Of a stretch of DNA of 64,000 bases, positions 38,453 to 50,134 are shown piece after piece. Every line of letters starts with the position of its first letter. The stretch's first letter is position 1. Origin of the DNA: Eledone cirrhosa (lineage: Eukaryota); assembly GCA_964016885.1 (NCBI GenBank), contig OZ024747.1:24056001-24120000 (forward strand), given 5' to 3'. The notes below the pieces were generated by a model. It saw nothing but the letters and a program-made list of their open reading frames with translations, made no database searches and was not told where the DNA came from. A program made the position numbers and the translations under genes.

Positions 38453-38815
38453 CTGTTTCTACTTTAGGCACAAGGCCAGCAACTACCCAGTACATTACTG
38501 GTACTTTATTTTATCGACCCCGTATGGATGAAAGGCAAAGTCAACCTCGGCGGGATTTGAACTCAGATCGTAAAGGGACGTAACTATGTTGGAAAGCATG
38601 GCAATGGTTTATAATTTAGAAACCAGGCAAGCTATCTTGTGGAGCGTGGATATTGATGACATCAACTCCAGTACTTAACTGGTACTATTCATTAACTACG
38701 GAAGGATGAACGGCAAAGTTGACCTTGACGGGATTTGAACTCAGAACATTAAGAGCCAGAACAAATACTGTTAAGCATTTGGTCAGCACTCTAACGAGTC
38801 TGTCAATCCACCACC
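38453..38815 (-). mobile_element. Two adjacent SINE copies, one diverged
   Basis: ggatgaaaggcaaagt..ggatttgaactcaga occurs twice. Confidence 0.75.
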
Positions 38816-39054
38816 CTAAACACCAGATAAATAATGAGAAGGTCCGTTGTAATACTAAATCCTTTCAAATTCTTGATTATTTCCAACATTATTTGAAAAA
38901 TATAAGCAGTATCTTTCATTAAGAATATAGCTATGGAAGGATAAATAATCAATAATGCGTCTCATAGTTTCCTAGTTGGTCATCTTGGTAGCACCGGCTT
39001 TGATCGTAAGTTCATACCACCACCTATATATATATACTTGATACACACACACAT

Positions 39055-39258
39055 ACAAGATTTCAAGACACTTTGCTCCAGGTACTTCAGATAAGATGGT
39101 GACACAAGAGGATAAATAAAAAGAATCGATGTCATGCAAAGACAACTACAGCTGAAACAATGATCCAGAACAACTATCTCAGATGACTTGGCCAAATATG
39201 CCGAATGGAAGATAGTCACATTCGTAACTAACTCCTGTTTGGTGAATTAGCAAATGGC
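39055..39258 (+). pseudogene. Degenerate RTE C-terminal fragment
   Basis: Reads ~LR*LGQICRMEDSHI..LLFGELANG, like the ORF at 1237-2161. Confidence 0.55.
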
Positions 39259-39259
39259 T

Positions 39260-39900
39260 TTCCTGTCGTCACAGTGCCGGCCGCCTTCCACGCCATGCTG
39301 CTCTCAACGAGGTCATAAAGCATGGCTTGGACGCTGCAGGCTTCCCCTTCCAGTTCGAGCCGGTAGGGCTGGACCGAGAGGACGGCAAAGGGCCAGACGG
39401 CATGCCCATCTTCCCGTTCCGCGGTGGCAAGCCCCTCGTCTGGGATGCCATTTGCAGCGACACTTTCTCCAGCCGCAACCTGGTTCAGTCTACGACTAAC
39501 CCAGGTTCTGCTGCACGTCGGGCTGAGGAGGCCAAACTCTCCAAGTACCGGTCGCTCTCCGACAGGTTCGCAGTCGTGCCCTTGACAGTGGAGACTTCTG
39601 GTATCCTTGGACCTAGGGCTACCTCCCTACTCACCACCATAGGCGCTGAGCTGGCCAGCCGCAGATGTGAGCCTCGCGAGCTGGAATGGCTCTTCCAGCG
39701 CATCTCCCTTACCATCCTCCGAGGAAACGCCTTCTCCATTCTGTCCGCCGGGGCTGTGGGAAGGCCAGCACGTGGGACCCCATTTGCTCACCATATGGAG
39801 AGATGGAGGTGATGACAGTGGGAGTTCGGCTGTTCCTTCATGTTTACTTAGGTTACTATTTTCTATTGTGTATTTTCTGTATATATATATATATTTGTGT
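39260..39900 (+). mobile_element. 3' fragment of a CRE-like RLE non-LTR retrotransposon
   Basis: RHAALNE, EPVGLDREDGKGPDG, GKPLVWD, AEEAKLSKY, VETSG, QRISLTILRGNA. Confidence 0.8.
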
Positions 39901-40034
39901 TCAATGCTGATAAGTATTACCACATGTAAGACGGATTCGGGTATCGACCGAGTCCATCGTGAAGATCGCCACGCCGCCTTAATTTGGCTGACAAGGGCAG
40001 TCAGCTTTTCTCTCTGGTGGCTGTAGCGAAAGAG

Positions 40035-40510
40035 TTTTATGGTGGACGAGGCTGAAAGGACTGAAGACAGACACTTTCCTCTTCGGCCAAGCCTCCATCA
40101 ACTTTTTCTAGTTCCACTTGGAAAGGAAGGTAAGGATAGAAAGGGAGGTGCACCCCTCCCCCACCGCCAGTACATTTGTTAAAAGGTGGGTGAATGCAGC
40201 GAGCATGGCCCGAGTGAATGGGCCTACCCTGACCATGCACCTGTAGGTTGGAGAGGTAGATGAGGAGATGGGCGCCCTCCTTTGGGGCTCTTAGAGAGAG
40301 GGGTGGTTTAGGATCGGTGGGGTACCTAAGTTACCCCTGGGTTGAACCTTCCCCCCGCCTATTAGGGAATGTTATTGTTATGTATTTTGTTACCTGTTTT
40401 TTACCTCTTTTGTTACCTTTATTTTTTACCGATTTTATGTAAACCCCCACTGTCCCTGTTTTTGTATTGTCCTTCATGTTTCGGCCCTCGTGGCCAATAA
40501 AGAAATAATA
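40035..40510 (+). mobile_element. 3' fragment of a Tx1/L1-like family related to 10130-10570
   Basis: Encodes WWTRLKGLKTDTFL; ends gtggccaataaagaaa. Confidence 0.78.
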
Positions 40511-40854
40511 ATTATTATTATTACATTATTAAATTATTTAGTCTAGTCGATATCCGCTATTAGTGCATATCACTTGGGCATGCATGGTGATCCACAAGGA
40601 GATTCGGATGTTGAAACATACCGACAGCCATCAATATATCTCCCGACAAACCTTTTAGATACAATCATGAATCAGCAACGAAATAAATAGTCATCTAAGC
40701 TTGACTGTTGTTGTTGTTCGGTTTTATCAAGATAAATATGACAAGTGACTGGAATTTGAAATTCCCGCGATTGGTGAGTAAGGTCGATGTCAAATGAGAG
40801 ACGAAAGCTTTATAGACAGTGTGATACATGCAACACACATAATATATATAATAA

Positions 40855-41292
40855 ATGTTTCTACTTTTGGCACCAGGCCAGCAATTATCTCAGTGCATTA
40901 CTGGTACTTTATTTTATCGACCCCGTAAGGATGAAAAGCAAAGTTAACCTCGGCGGGATTTGAACTCAGATCATAAAGGGAGGTAACTCTATGCTTCAAA
41001 GCATGGCGCCCGACCCTCTACCGATACTGCCAATCCACAATAATGATGATAATGATAATGAAAATGATTGTGTACAGTACTCAGGTGCATGTATAGTACA
41101 TAGAATAATTGTTTCTACTTTTGGCACAAGGCCAGCAATAACCCAGTGCATTACTGGTACTTTATTTTATCTACCCCGTAAGGATGAAAGACAAAGTTAA
41201 CCTCGGCGGGATTTGAACTCAGAATGACAAGGGCCGTAACTCTTTGCGTCAAAGCATGGCGCCCGACCCTCTACCGATACTGCCAATCCACC
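40855..41292 (-). mobile_element. Two tRNA-derived SINE copies (40855-41038, 41108-41292)
   Basis: Box A/B and core as at 20290. Confidence 0.85.
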
Positions 41293-41384
41293 ATAGAATA
41301 ATGTACAAATGTCAGGAAAGTGAACAGTATGAATCATGACACACACAGATACACACACACATGCGTGCGTATCTATGCAGAGGG

Positions 41385-41602
41385 AATATCAGGTGTAGTG
41401 TTGACGAATTTCAGGAAGCATGGAGGCTTTGAAGGACGCAGTGTCCCGACAGCTAACAACTGATGCAGGTAGTTTGTTCCATGCTTCAACAACTCTCTCT
41501 GACCATGAAAAATTGTTTCCGAAAGTCCTGGGAACTGTGCTGCTTTCTGATTTTGTAAGCATGTCCACGGATGTTAGAAACATGGAATTCAAAAAGGTGC
41601 TC

Positions 41603-41603
<1 letters not shown>
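41385..41603 (-). mobile_element. CR1/L2-group LINE 3' fragment
   Basis: RGHAYKIRKQ..RKQFF and ERVVEAWNKLPASVV..SFK across a frameshift. Confidence 0.8.
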
Positions 41604-41645
<42 letters not shown>

Positions 41646-41984
41646 CATGTGTATACATGTACACGCACCCGCAAACACACCATGGAATAATATATATTTT
41701 ACCTTAAAACTCATACGTGTAAGGGAAATAACTCATTCTTCTTAGCTTAAGACTCATTCCCGAGAGGGTCATATGCGTAGAGACATCAGGCACGCTTTCC
41801 AGAACGTCTTGGGTAGAGAGATGGGTTCGTAAAATATATTGCAGTCTCCATCCAAAACCAAAAACACAGGTCTTGGGATGTGCGTGATCGACACACAAAG
41901 CTTTCGTGTCCTGGGACTCTAAAGAGGTTTCAGAAAGGAGCAAACGTTAACCATTGGCAAAACAACTTATTTATAAAATAAATC

Positions 41985-42148
41985 AGGGTCGGACGCCATG
42001 CTTTGACGTATAGAGTTACGGCCCTTGCCATTCTGAGTTCAAATCCCGCCGAGGTTAACTTTGCCTTTCATCCTTACGGGGTCGATAAAATAAAGTACCA
42101 GTAGTGCACTGTGTGTTTGCTGGCCTTTGCCAAAAGTAGAAATAATTA
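41985..42148 (+). mobile_element. tRNA-derived SINE
   Basis: gagttcaaatcccgccgaggttaactttgcctttcatccttacggggtcg. Confidence 0.85.
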
Positions 42149-42281
42149 TGATGAAAGGGAGACTACTTTTACCTACCATCCAGTTAATATTACGTAAAGA
42201 TACTTTTTTTTTTTGCGAGAGATAGCTTGGGAATCCTTGACTAGCAAGAAATAGCATCCAAATCCTCTCCGTTGATCATAC

Positions 42282-42502
42282 AACGAAATACATTACCAGT
42301 CAATCACATACTTTTGGAAATAAAAATATTTCGTTTGCATTAGAAATACGCTAATATATTTTGTGTGTGTGCGTGCGCGTATGTATATATATATATGCAT
42401 ACGCACACACACAATACACACAAAATATATTAGCGTATTTCTAATGCAAACGAAATATTTTTATTTCCAAAAGTATGTGATTGACTGGTAATGTATTTCG
42501 TT
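42282..42502. repeat. Inverted repeat with ~87-bp arms around a microsatellite spacer
   Basis: 42282-42368 pairs with ~42416-42502. Confidence 0.85.
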
Positions 42503-42800
42503 TCGACGGCTGAGTCCAGAAATAGCCGTCGAAACGGCTTGAGCTCTGCCGTCGGGGTCATACTTTTTCCTATTACCCACTCTACTACCCTAAGTATTGA
42601 GTACTATATATATATAACGAAGGAGTTGTGGTAAGGAACCAAATGGACCATAACGCACCAAAGTACTCAATACTTAGGGTAGTAGAGTGGGTAATAGGAA
42701 CAAGTAGGACCCTGACGGCTGAGCTCAAGCCGTTTCGACGGCTAATTCCAGAATTAACTGTCGAAACGGCTTGAGCTCAGCCGTCGGGGTCCTACTTGTT

Positions 42801-42803
<3 letters not shown>
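42499..42803. repeat. Family X copies in alternating orientation
   Basis: 42513-42606 (+), 42615-42745 (-), 42752-42803 (+); palindrome ~42695-42803. Confidence 0.8.
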
Positions 42804-42849
<46 letters not shown>

Positions 42850-43256
42850 GCATATATCCTTATATATATATTATTAGTACAGATTAAAAGTATAAGCAAT
42901 AAATGATTGCTTTCAACCTAAGCAGGATCTTCAGAATTCATTGCTTAAACTTTTAATCTGTACTAATAATACTAATAATAAATATTTGCTCTACGGGTTT
43001 ATATATATTTATATATACAATCCTTATCGAGTCCTCTTCCGATTTTGGTCTTTGTATTTATGATTAGTATATATATATATACTTCATTTTCGTATTTCTT
43101 TTGCAAGATTTCTTATCTGAAAGGGTGTGTTGAAAATGGTGCCAGTAAAAACATACACACCTGTTGATTTTCACTTTAATTTATTATAAATCTTCAGTTG
43201 GTTGGTTTAATAACTGGATATTTGTCAAAGTTCTCAAGAGCTTTGACAATAAATAA

Positions 43257-43366
<110 letters not shown>

Positions 43367-43420
43367 ATCTGTGTGTATATAATTATGTATATATCCTTAG
43401 GTTTGGGTTTGCAGCAAAGA

Positions 43421-43797
43421 GGACACTGGCTAACAGTCTGTTGACTACTGAGGGCGAGAAGCATGTTTTCACTGCTCGCCTAAAGCGACACTAACTAACA
43501 TACTGCTGAAAGTCAGAAGTATGGTTTCACTGCTTATTTAAAATGATACTGACTAGCAGATTGCTAACTGCTGATAGCCAGAGTCATGTTTTTACTACTC
43601 AGCTAATGTGACACTAACTAGCAGATTGCTGACTGCAGAGGACCAGAGGCAGGTTTTCACTGCTCACCTAAAATAAAACTGATTAACACAGAGTTAACTG
43701 CTGAGGGCCAGAGGTATGTTTGCACTGCTCCTCTAATCTGACACCGAGTAACAGACTGATGAAGGCAAAAGACATGTTTTCACTGCTTAGCTAAAGC
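43421..43797. repeat. Degenerate ~60-65-bp tandem repeat, about 6 copies
   Basis: Recurring gacact..taacag..ctgag..gttttcactgctc..ctaaa. Confidence 0.75.
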
Positions 43798-45368
43798 ACC
43801 ATTCATTTTGTTTTAATCTATGATTTCAGTTTTTCATGGCATTTTTCCAGCTATATGTTTTTTTTTTATCCAGCCTAGTGGTGCACCGGTATTACCCAAA
43901 TACCTGTATGGACCTTTAATCTCTGGCCCCTAGTTGCTTTACTCCATCCAGGACACTATTCCTAATTACAAACAGTTTATTCGTGTCATTTACCATTTAC
44001 ACTGTAAATCAACCCCTGAAGATATTCCTATTATTAAAACATCATAAGCTGATGGGAGAAATGTGCAGCTTTGTAGTTTGTGTTGAAACGTTGCTTGTCC
44101 ACCACACCCTCTATTCTAAATACCACCATCTATAAATGGCAATGTAACTACATTTATTTTAACTACCATACTTCCTACTGCAACAGTTAATTATATGATT
44201 CCATTCATGTGCCAGAATAATTTACTGCATAATTATTTTGGTGAACGAAAGGAAAATAAAGTGTTTAACTTTTCAACAGCTTCTTTCTTTCTTCATATAA
44301 AACACATGAACAATTTCATGACCACATTTCTAATGAAAGATACTACACATAATTTGAAAATAATCAAGAATTTGGAAGGATTTAGCAATATAATTATCTT
44401 AATCAATATTAATATTGTGTTTGGGACATAACTTAACAAAGTTCTTACATAAAATTATGATGAAAGGTTTATAGATAAATATAAATAGTTTAAAACAAAC
44501 AATTTTGTAATGTAGAACCAGATACAGTTTCAAGTGGGTTAGTATAAAAAAAGGGTTGAACAATAACATTGGAAGAAGCCAAGACTGGTGTGAGTCAGCA
44601 GAAATTGGGCCAGCAAAAGTCTAAACATGTGTAGTTGTATTGTGTGGAGAAGAGAGTTATAATATCCAGGAAGAATCCTTCTTCCTAGAATGCGTTACAA
44701 CAACAAACGTTTTAAAACCATCCCCACTACTCCCCTATTAAAACAAGGGTTCGTCTTGCAGACCCATTTATAGGCTTCATACTCGTTATGAGGTTATTTT
44801 CAAAGCAATGTTTTATAGCTGGATGTCCTTCCTGATACTAACTCTTTTAGTCATTTCTTATGTTACACAGCAATTCTAAACAAGATACACACACACAGTT
44901 TACATGGAAAATCAATTGCAGTGTAGCTTTAATGTAGTGAAGGCATGTGACCTAGTGGTTAGTGCGTTAGTCTTACGGTTGTAAAGACACGAGTTCAATT
45001 ACCAGACTAGGTGGTGCGAAAGTTGCTCTAATCTACCCAAGTGAAAATATAAGTACCATCAGCAGCAGCTGGGGATTAACCTTGCAAGGGTCAAGCTTCA
45101 TATCCAGGAAGGATTTTTACACTCTCATCAATGTATGCATCTATGTCATATATATATATATATTTGTATCCATATATATATATATATATACAGTAGTGTC
45201 ACGCTATATGACACCTGAGACCAAAGCAACCACATGCACATACAAATACACACTGGCATACACAAAATTGGCAACTTTGATTTTCAAAAACAGATGTTTT
45301 ATTCAAACAATTATAGACGCAAAAACTTACAATTTCTAGATTTATTTCAAATTACAAAAATAAATATA

Positions 45369-45445
45369 CAGGGTGTCCCCAAAAATGTATACACACTTTA
45401 ACAGCATTCTAATAAATGTGTATATATTTTGAGGGGGACACCCTG
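45369..45445. mobile_element. 77-bp Tc1/mariner-type mini-MITE
   Basis: TA|CAGGGTGTCCCC...GGGGACACCCTG|TA. Confidence 0.78.
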
Positions 45446-45799
45446 TATATACATACTCAAATACACAAGAACATAATTTGGCACACATTATTTTGAACTA
45501 AAGAACACATACTCCAACCAAGACTATTTAAACATTTTACTTCACACACCGAAGTGTAGATATCGTATATTTTGGTGTAAAAAATTTGATTCTAAAATCT
45601 GCCTGCGTATAAACATTACTTTATATAAACATGTTAGTAGGTGTATGTACGTGTGTGAGTTCTAGTTTTATTTAAAAAAAATTCTTACCAACAAAGAGAG
45701 AGAGAGAGTGGTGATTCGACTCTAGTAGAACCATCATCACCATCACAAACAACAACAGCACCAACATAAACATCACCACCAATAACCCCGTTATCACTA

Positions 45800-45975
45800 C
45801 CACCAGCTACTGTTTACACTACCTCCACCAGCTACTGTTTACACTTCCTTCACCTACACCGCCACCAGCTACTGTTTACACTTCCTTCACCTACACCGCC
45901 ACCAGCTACTGTTTACACTTCCTTCACCTACACCGCCACCAGTTACTGTTTACACTTCCTTCACCTACACCACCA
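45800..45975. repeat. 37-bp minisatellite, 4 copies plus a partial
   Basis: ccaccagctactgtttacacttccttcacctacaccg at 45825, 45862, 45899 and 45936. Confidence 0.9.
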
Positions 45976-47507
45976 CCACTGCCATTATTAGAACTATCAC
46001 TACTAACCACCGCCTCCACTATTATTAGTCTTGTTTCCCCAAAATTAGTGGTAAATAAAATAAATCATTTTTCTTATTATTACATGAATGACGTACAGGG
46101 AGCGCTACCTGTCGAGTAAATTAGAGAACGTGTGAGATCGACAAGGGGCGAATAACTATGTGTGCTCATCGTCTTCTTCTCTCTGCTCCTCCCCTTCATC
46201 TGTTAGCAAATAAGCACCGTGGAGTTGAAACATGGCTGTGTTCTCAGGCTAATCATTGGACTTTCTATTGCATCCGGCGAGAAAATATGGTAAAGTAGAA
46301 CATTTCCTTTGCTTTTATATTGTAATCTGTTCTACAGTGATTCTCTATGTATTGGCGTATTCTCCCCAAATTCCCATTAGTGTGTGTAATGCGTTGTTGT
46401 GTTGTGTCAGGTGAAACTCCACCAAACGTTACAATCTGTCCTTTTTACATCCACAATAGCAGACGTCGGTTGTTGTTTCTTTATCAAACAAACACACCAT
46501 TAAAGTGACTTTAATAATAAACTTCACACACCATTTGTTTATATTGTGGCTATATATATAGCTAATGCTATTGCTATATCTATTCATCGTACATTTGTTG
46601 ATGATGTACTGCTATAATAATAACACTTACTATAGCTGTTTCACACTATGTATGTTGTACTCTGTCTGCCGTGGCACCCATTCACCGCAAAGACAGATAT
46701 AACACCGTTTATAGACGCACACACACATATATACACCTATTCCGACACACGCTCACATATAGTCTCACACACACATAAACATAGTCATACCCCCTTGCTC
46801 TCTCTCTATATATACACACAAACACACGGTGCTGGGACTATGCGGATGTATCTCATAGTACACAGAAGCAGCGTTAATATAGTCACACTACCGTTGTGTG
46901 GCTATGTATGTATGTATCTATATATATATATATGTGTGTGTGTGTGAACTAGAGACAGGGGCAAACAATACTGACACATACATAACGACACACAAACATA
47001 ACCATACATATATACCGTCATACACATACATACCAATATACATATAGTTATAGACATTAGTAGTTGTTTTGGTTGCTGTATTCTTCATTTGGTAGCTTTG
47101 ATTACAATTTATAGAAGCTGAAAGAAATGTCATTTATAAAATGGACACACATCCATACGCATATATACAGGAACACAGATACAGGGACGCACACACACAT
47201 ATATATATATACACATGCATACACACATACACACGCATATATGCACAGACAGAAACGCACACTGAATTTCACTGGTGGAATTCAATTTTACAACGTAGCA
47301 CCAACCATTTTCTTTCTACGATTTTGATTATAAAATCTCTATAGTTTAACGTTGTTTTTATATGTATATATGGGCGATGGTGGTTATATATAGGTATAAA
47401 TGAAGAGCACTTGTTTATTCAATACCCACGTAAATGTAATTCTCAAAACATTCTTTAGAAGTTCCGTTTGAAAATTCTCCTACACACATACAATGATATA
47501 TATATAT

Positions 47508-47635
47508 TGTTTTAATATAGAAAAGCTTCTACAGGACTAGAACTGTTTCATTCGTGAGAAATCACCAGGAAGCCCTGATGATTTCTCACGAATGAAACAG
47601 TTCTCGTCCTGTAGAAGCTTTTCTATATTAAAACA
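47508..47635. repeat. 128-bp palindrome with a degenerate hammerhead core
   Basis: 62-bp arms with an AAGC loop; CTGATGA at 47575, GAAAC at 47594, GTC at 47606. Confidence 0.8.
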
Positions 47636-47702
47636 TTTATACTCTGCTATGTATTGAGTACCTTACTTACTGTGGTTACCTCCGACTCAACGCGGAATAA
47701 CT

Positions 47703-47736
<34 letters not shown>

Positions 47737-48364
47737 GAGTGAGAGAGAGACATGTAAATACACACAGATATAGACACAGGCATACATACGTAAATAAATA
47801 TATAGACACACGACATTTTTCTTAGAATATTAAATAATATACACGCATGTTCTTATGAATTTGGTAATATACTACGGTTTATTTAAATCTTAAATTAATA
47901 CAATTTTCCGCCAAAATTGATGGAATAAATATCGGAGAAAATCGATGGATTGTTGGTCAACCTTATTCTTACCAATTCTCATGAAACCATCCAGATAGAA
48001 AACTTTATTTCAAAGTGTTTTTATCTGTCTAAAAACCTTCCATTGTAATTTTATGTAACAACTTTTGTTATATTCCAAAAACCAGCTTACTAATGAGAAA
48101 GTTAGTCATATTAGTAAATCTTCCAACTTCTTATTTTGAAATTTATAGACAGTGTCTATCATTAGCAATATGGTAAGTAAAGGGTAAAGCTATTTATTCA
48201 CGGCGGACTGGAAAGGCAGAAGTGGTTTCTCTTTTTATATCTAGTTGGACTTACCCTAAGCAGTCTCATTACCTATAATTTGGTTGTTATAGTAATTAAC
48301 ACACTTTAGGTTTAATGGAGCTAAATTATTAGATGAGAAAATGAGGAAATAGCGGAATAGATGG

Positions 48365-48850
48365 GCCCTCACTTTGTGTTCAAACGATCAGTCGTAACGG
48401 ATGTGTAGAACAGTTGTTGATGTGAAAGGGCGTAAATTTTTCCCTTGGCCAATCATGCCTGTTACTTAAGGTGAAGGTGCCAACTATGTCTCTGTTCAAC
48501 CCTTTTTCAGGGCGTTGAGAACCTTTGTTTCTCCACAAGTGAATGCATATATTTGACACCCATTTTGTGTCCAGCGATCAGGACATATCACAGATATGAA
48601 AAGGAGCAACATTTCTACTGGCCTAACATATCTATTAAGGTGGTGATGCCTAATATCTTTTTGCCTCCACTCCCAGGGCGTTAAGAACCCTTACTACGCC
48701 ATAATTGAATACATATAAATGAACTTTCATTTAGTGTCCGAACGATCAGAGCTGTATCGATGGTGAACGAAAATCGCAGATATGAAATGAAACAGAATTT
48801 TCCATGGTCTATCATACCTATTTACTAAGATGAGATGCCAAAAATGTTTT
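48365..48850. repeat. Old ~170-190-bp tandem repeat, 3 diverged copies
   Basis: tttgtgt.c..acgatcag-like motif near 48373, 48563 and 48730. Confidence 0.55.
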
Positions 48851-49269
48851 TTCCCACCCAACAGTCTTTGTGAGGCTCTTCCTCGCCACTTCCAACGAGT
48901 AAGGGGTATATGAAGGTGAAACTTAGTTAAGCATGAAAGTAAAATGTTATGGTTTGTGCTGGAGCATTTTATCTCATTCTCGAGCCCACAGGCCTTGCGA
49001 GACCCTAAACTTGAGCCTGCTCAACCATATGACTTATACAGCCCTGGATTGATGTCATGCATTTCTCATAATAAACAACGTTGAAGAGAGAGAGAGAAGA
49101 CTAATCCACAAGTTGAGATATCAAACTTGGTTGAGATATGCCAAGAAAATGTGAAGCTCAATGTGTTTCTACAATCCGCGAATAGAACGAATCGATTCGG
49201 CGAAGATGTGATCCATAAGGTAAATTATTCCAAAATATTATACGAGTGTAATGTCACAGCATAGATAAT

Positions 49270-49626
49270 AATTGTTTCTACTTTAGGCACACGGCCAGCA
49301 ATTATCCAGTGCATTACTGGTACTTTATTTTATCAAACCCATAAGGATGAAAGGCAAAGTTAACCTCGGCGGGATTTGAACTCAGATCATAAAGGGCCGT
49401 AACTCTGTGCTGCAAAACATGGTGTCCGACTCTCTACCAATACTGCTTTAGGCACAAGGCCAGCAAATTTAGGGGAGAGGAAAGTCGATTAAATCAACTC
49501 CAGTGTATTACTGGTACATATTTTATCGACCCTGTATGGATGAAAAGCAAAGCTATCCGCGGCTGGATTTGAACTCAAAATGTAAAGGACAGTAACTCTT
49601 ATGCTGTTTCTGATGCTCTACCGATA
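49270..49626 (-). mobile_element. Two tandem SINE copies
   Basis: Same family as 20290. Confidence 0.82.
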
Positions 49627-50134
49627 TAAAATTCAGGCGGAATTGACCACATTTGTATTAATCTTAAATGCGTTTATACAGATGATAAAAATTCTCATCC
49701 AAGTAAGATTCCTGTACATGGAAGTAATTCCACATGTTCGTTATTGGGCTTAAATCAAAAGAAAGTTTTCCCTACATTTATTAATTTCATTTTGTCTGTT
49801 TTGGCAGAGACTTTAAAGATACTAATATATAGGTGAGGTGAGTCTCCTGAAGAGGAAAGTTCAGGATATCAATATGATATTGTGATATCCTGATCTTTAC
49901 TCCCTGGGAAACTTATTTCTCTTAAATTTGATGTACATTTTGTGTACAATTGTATAGCAATGATATGTACATATTAGTATATTTATATAATAAGTGGATT
50001 TCTGATGTATATTGGGAGATGATCACAGTTAAAAAAAGAAACTCAATATGTTTGTAGACTATAGGCATCTTTATATTTTTATAGTATCGTTGGCTGCAGC
50101 TGTATCTGCAGTGATGGTTAATAGGGATCGATTG

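Noticed and set aside
40855-41292. tRNA genes suggested by A/B boxes
   Set aside because: No cloverleaf; the boxes belong to a multi-copy SINE
46080-46300. Possible promoter or first exon (ATG then GTAAAG); similar weak exon signals at 16740-16831, 36135-36245 and 41702-41945
   Set aside because: Isolated splice-like motifs only, with no homology or consistent gene model
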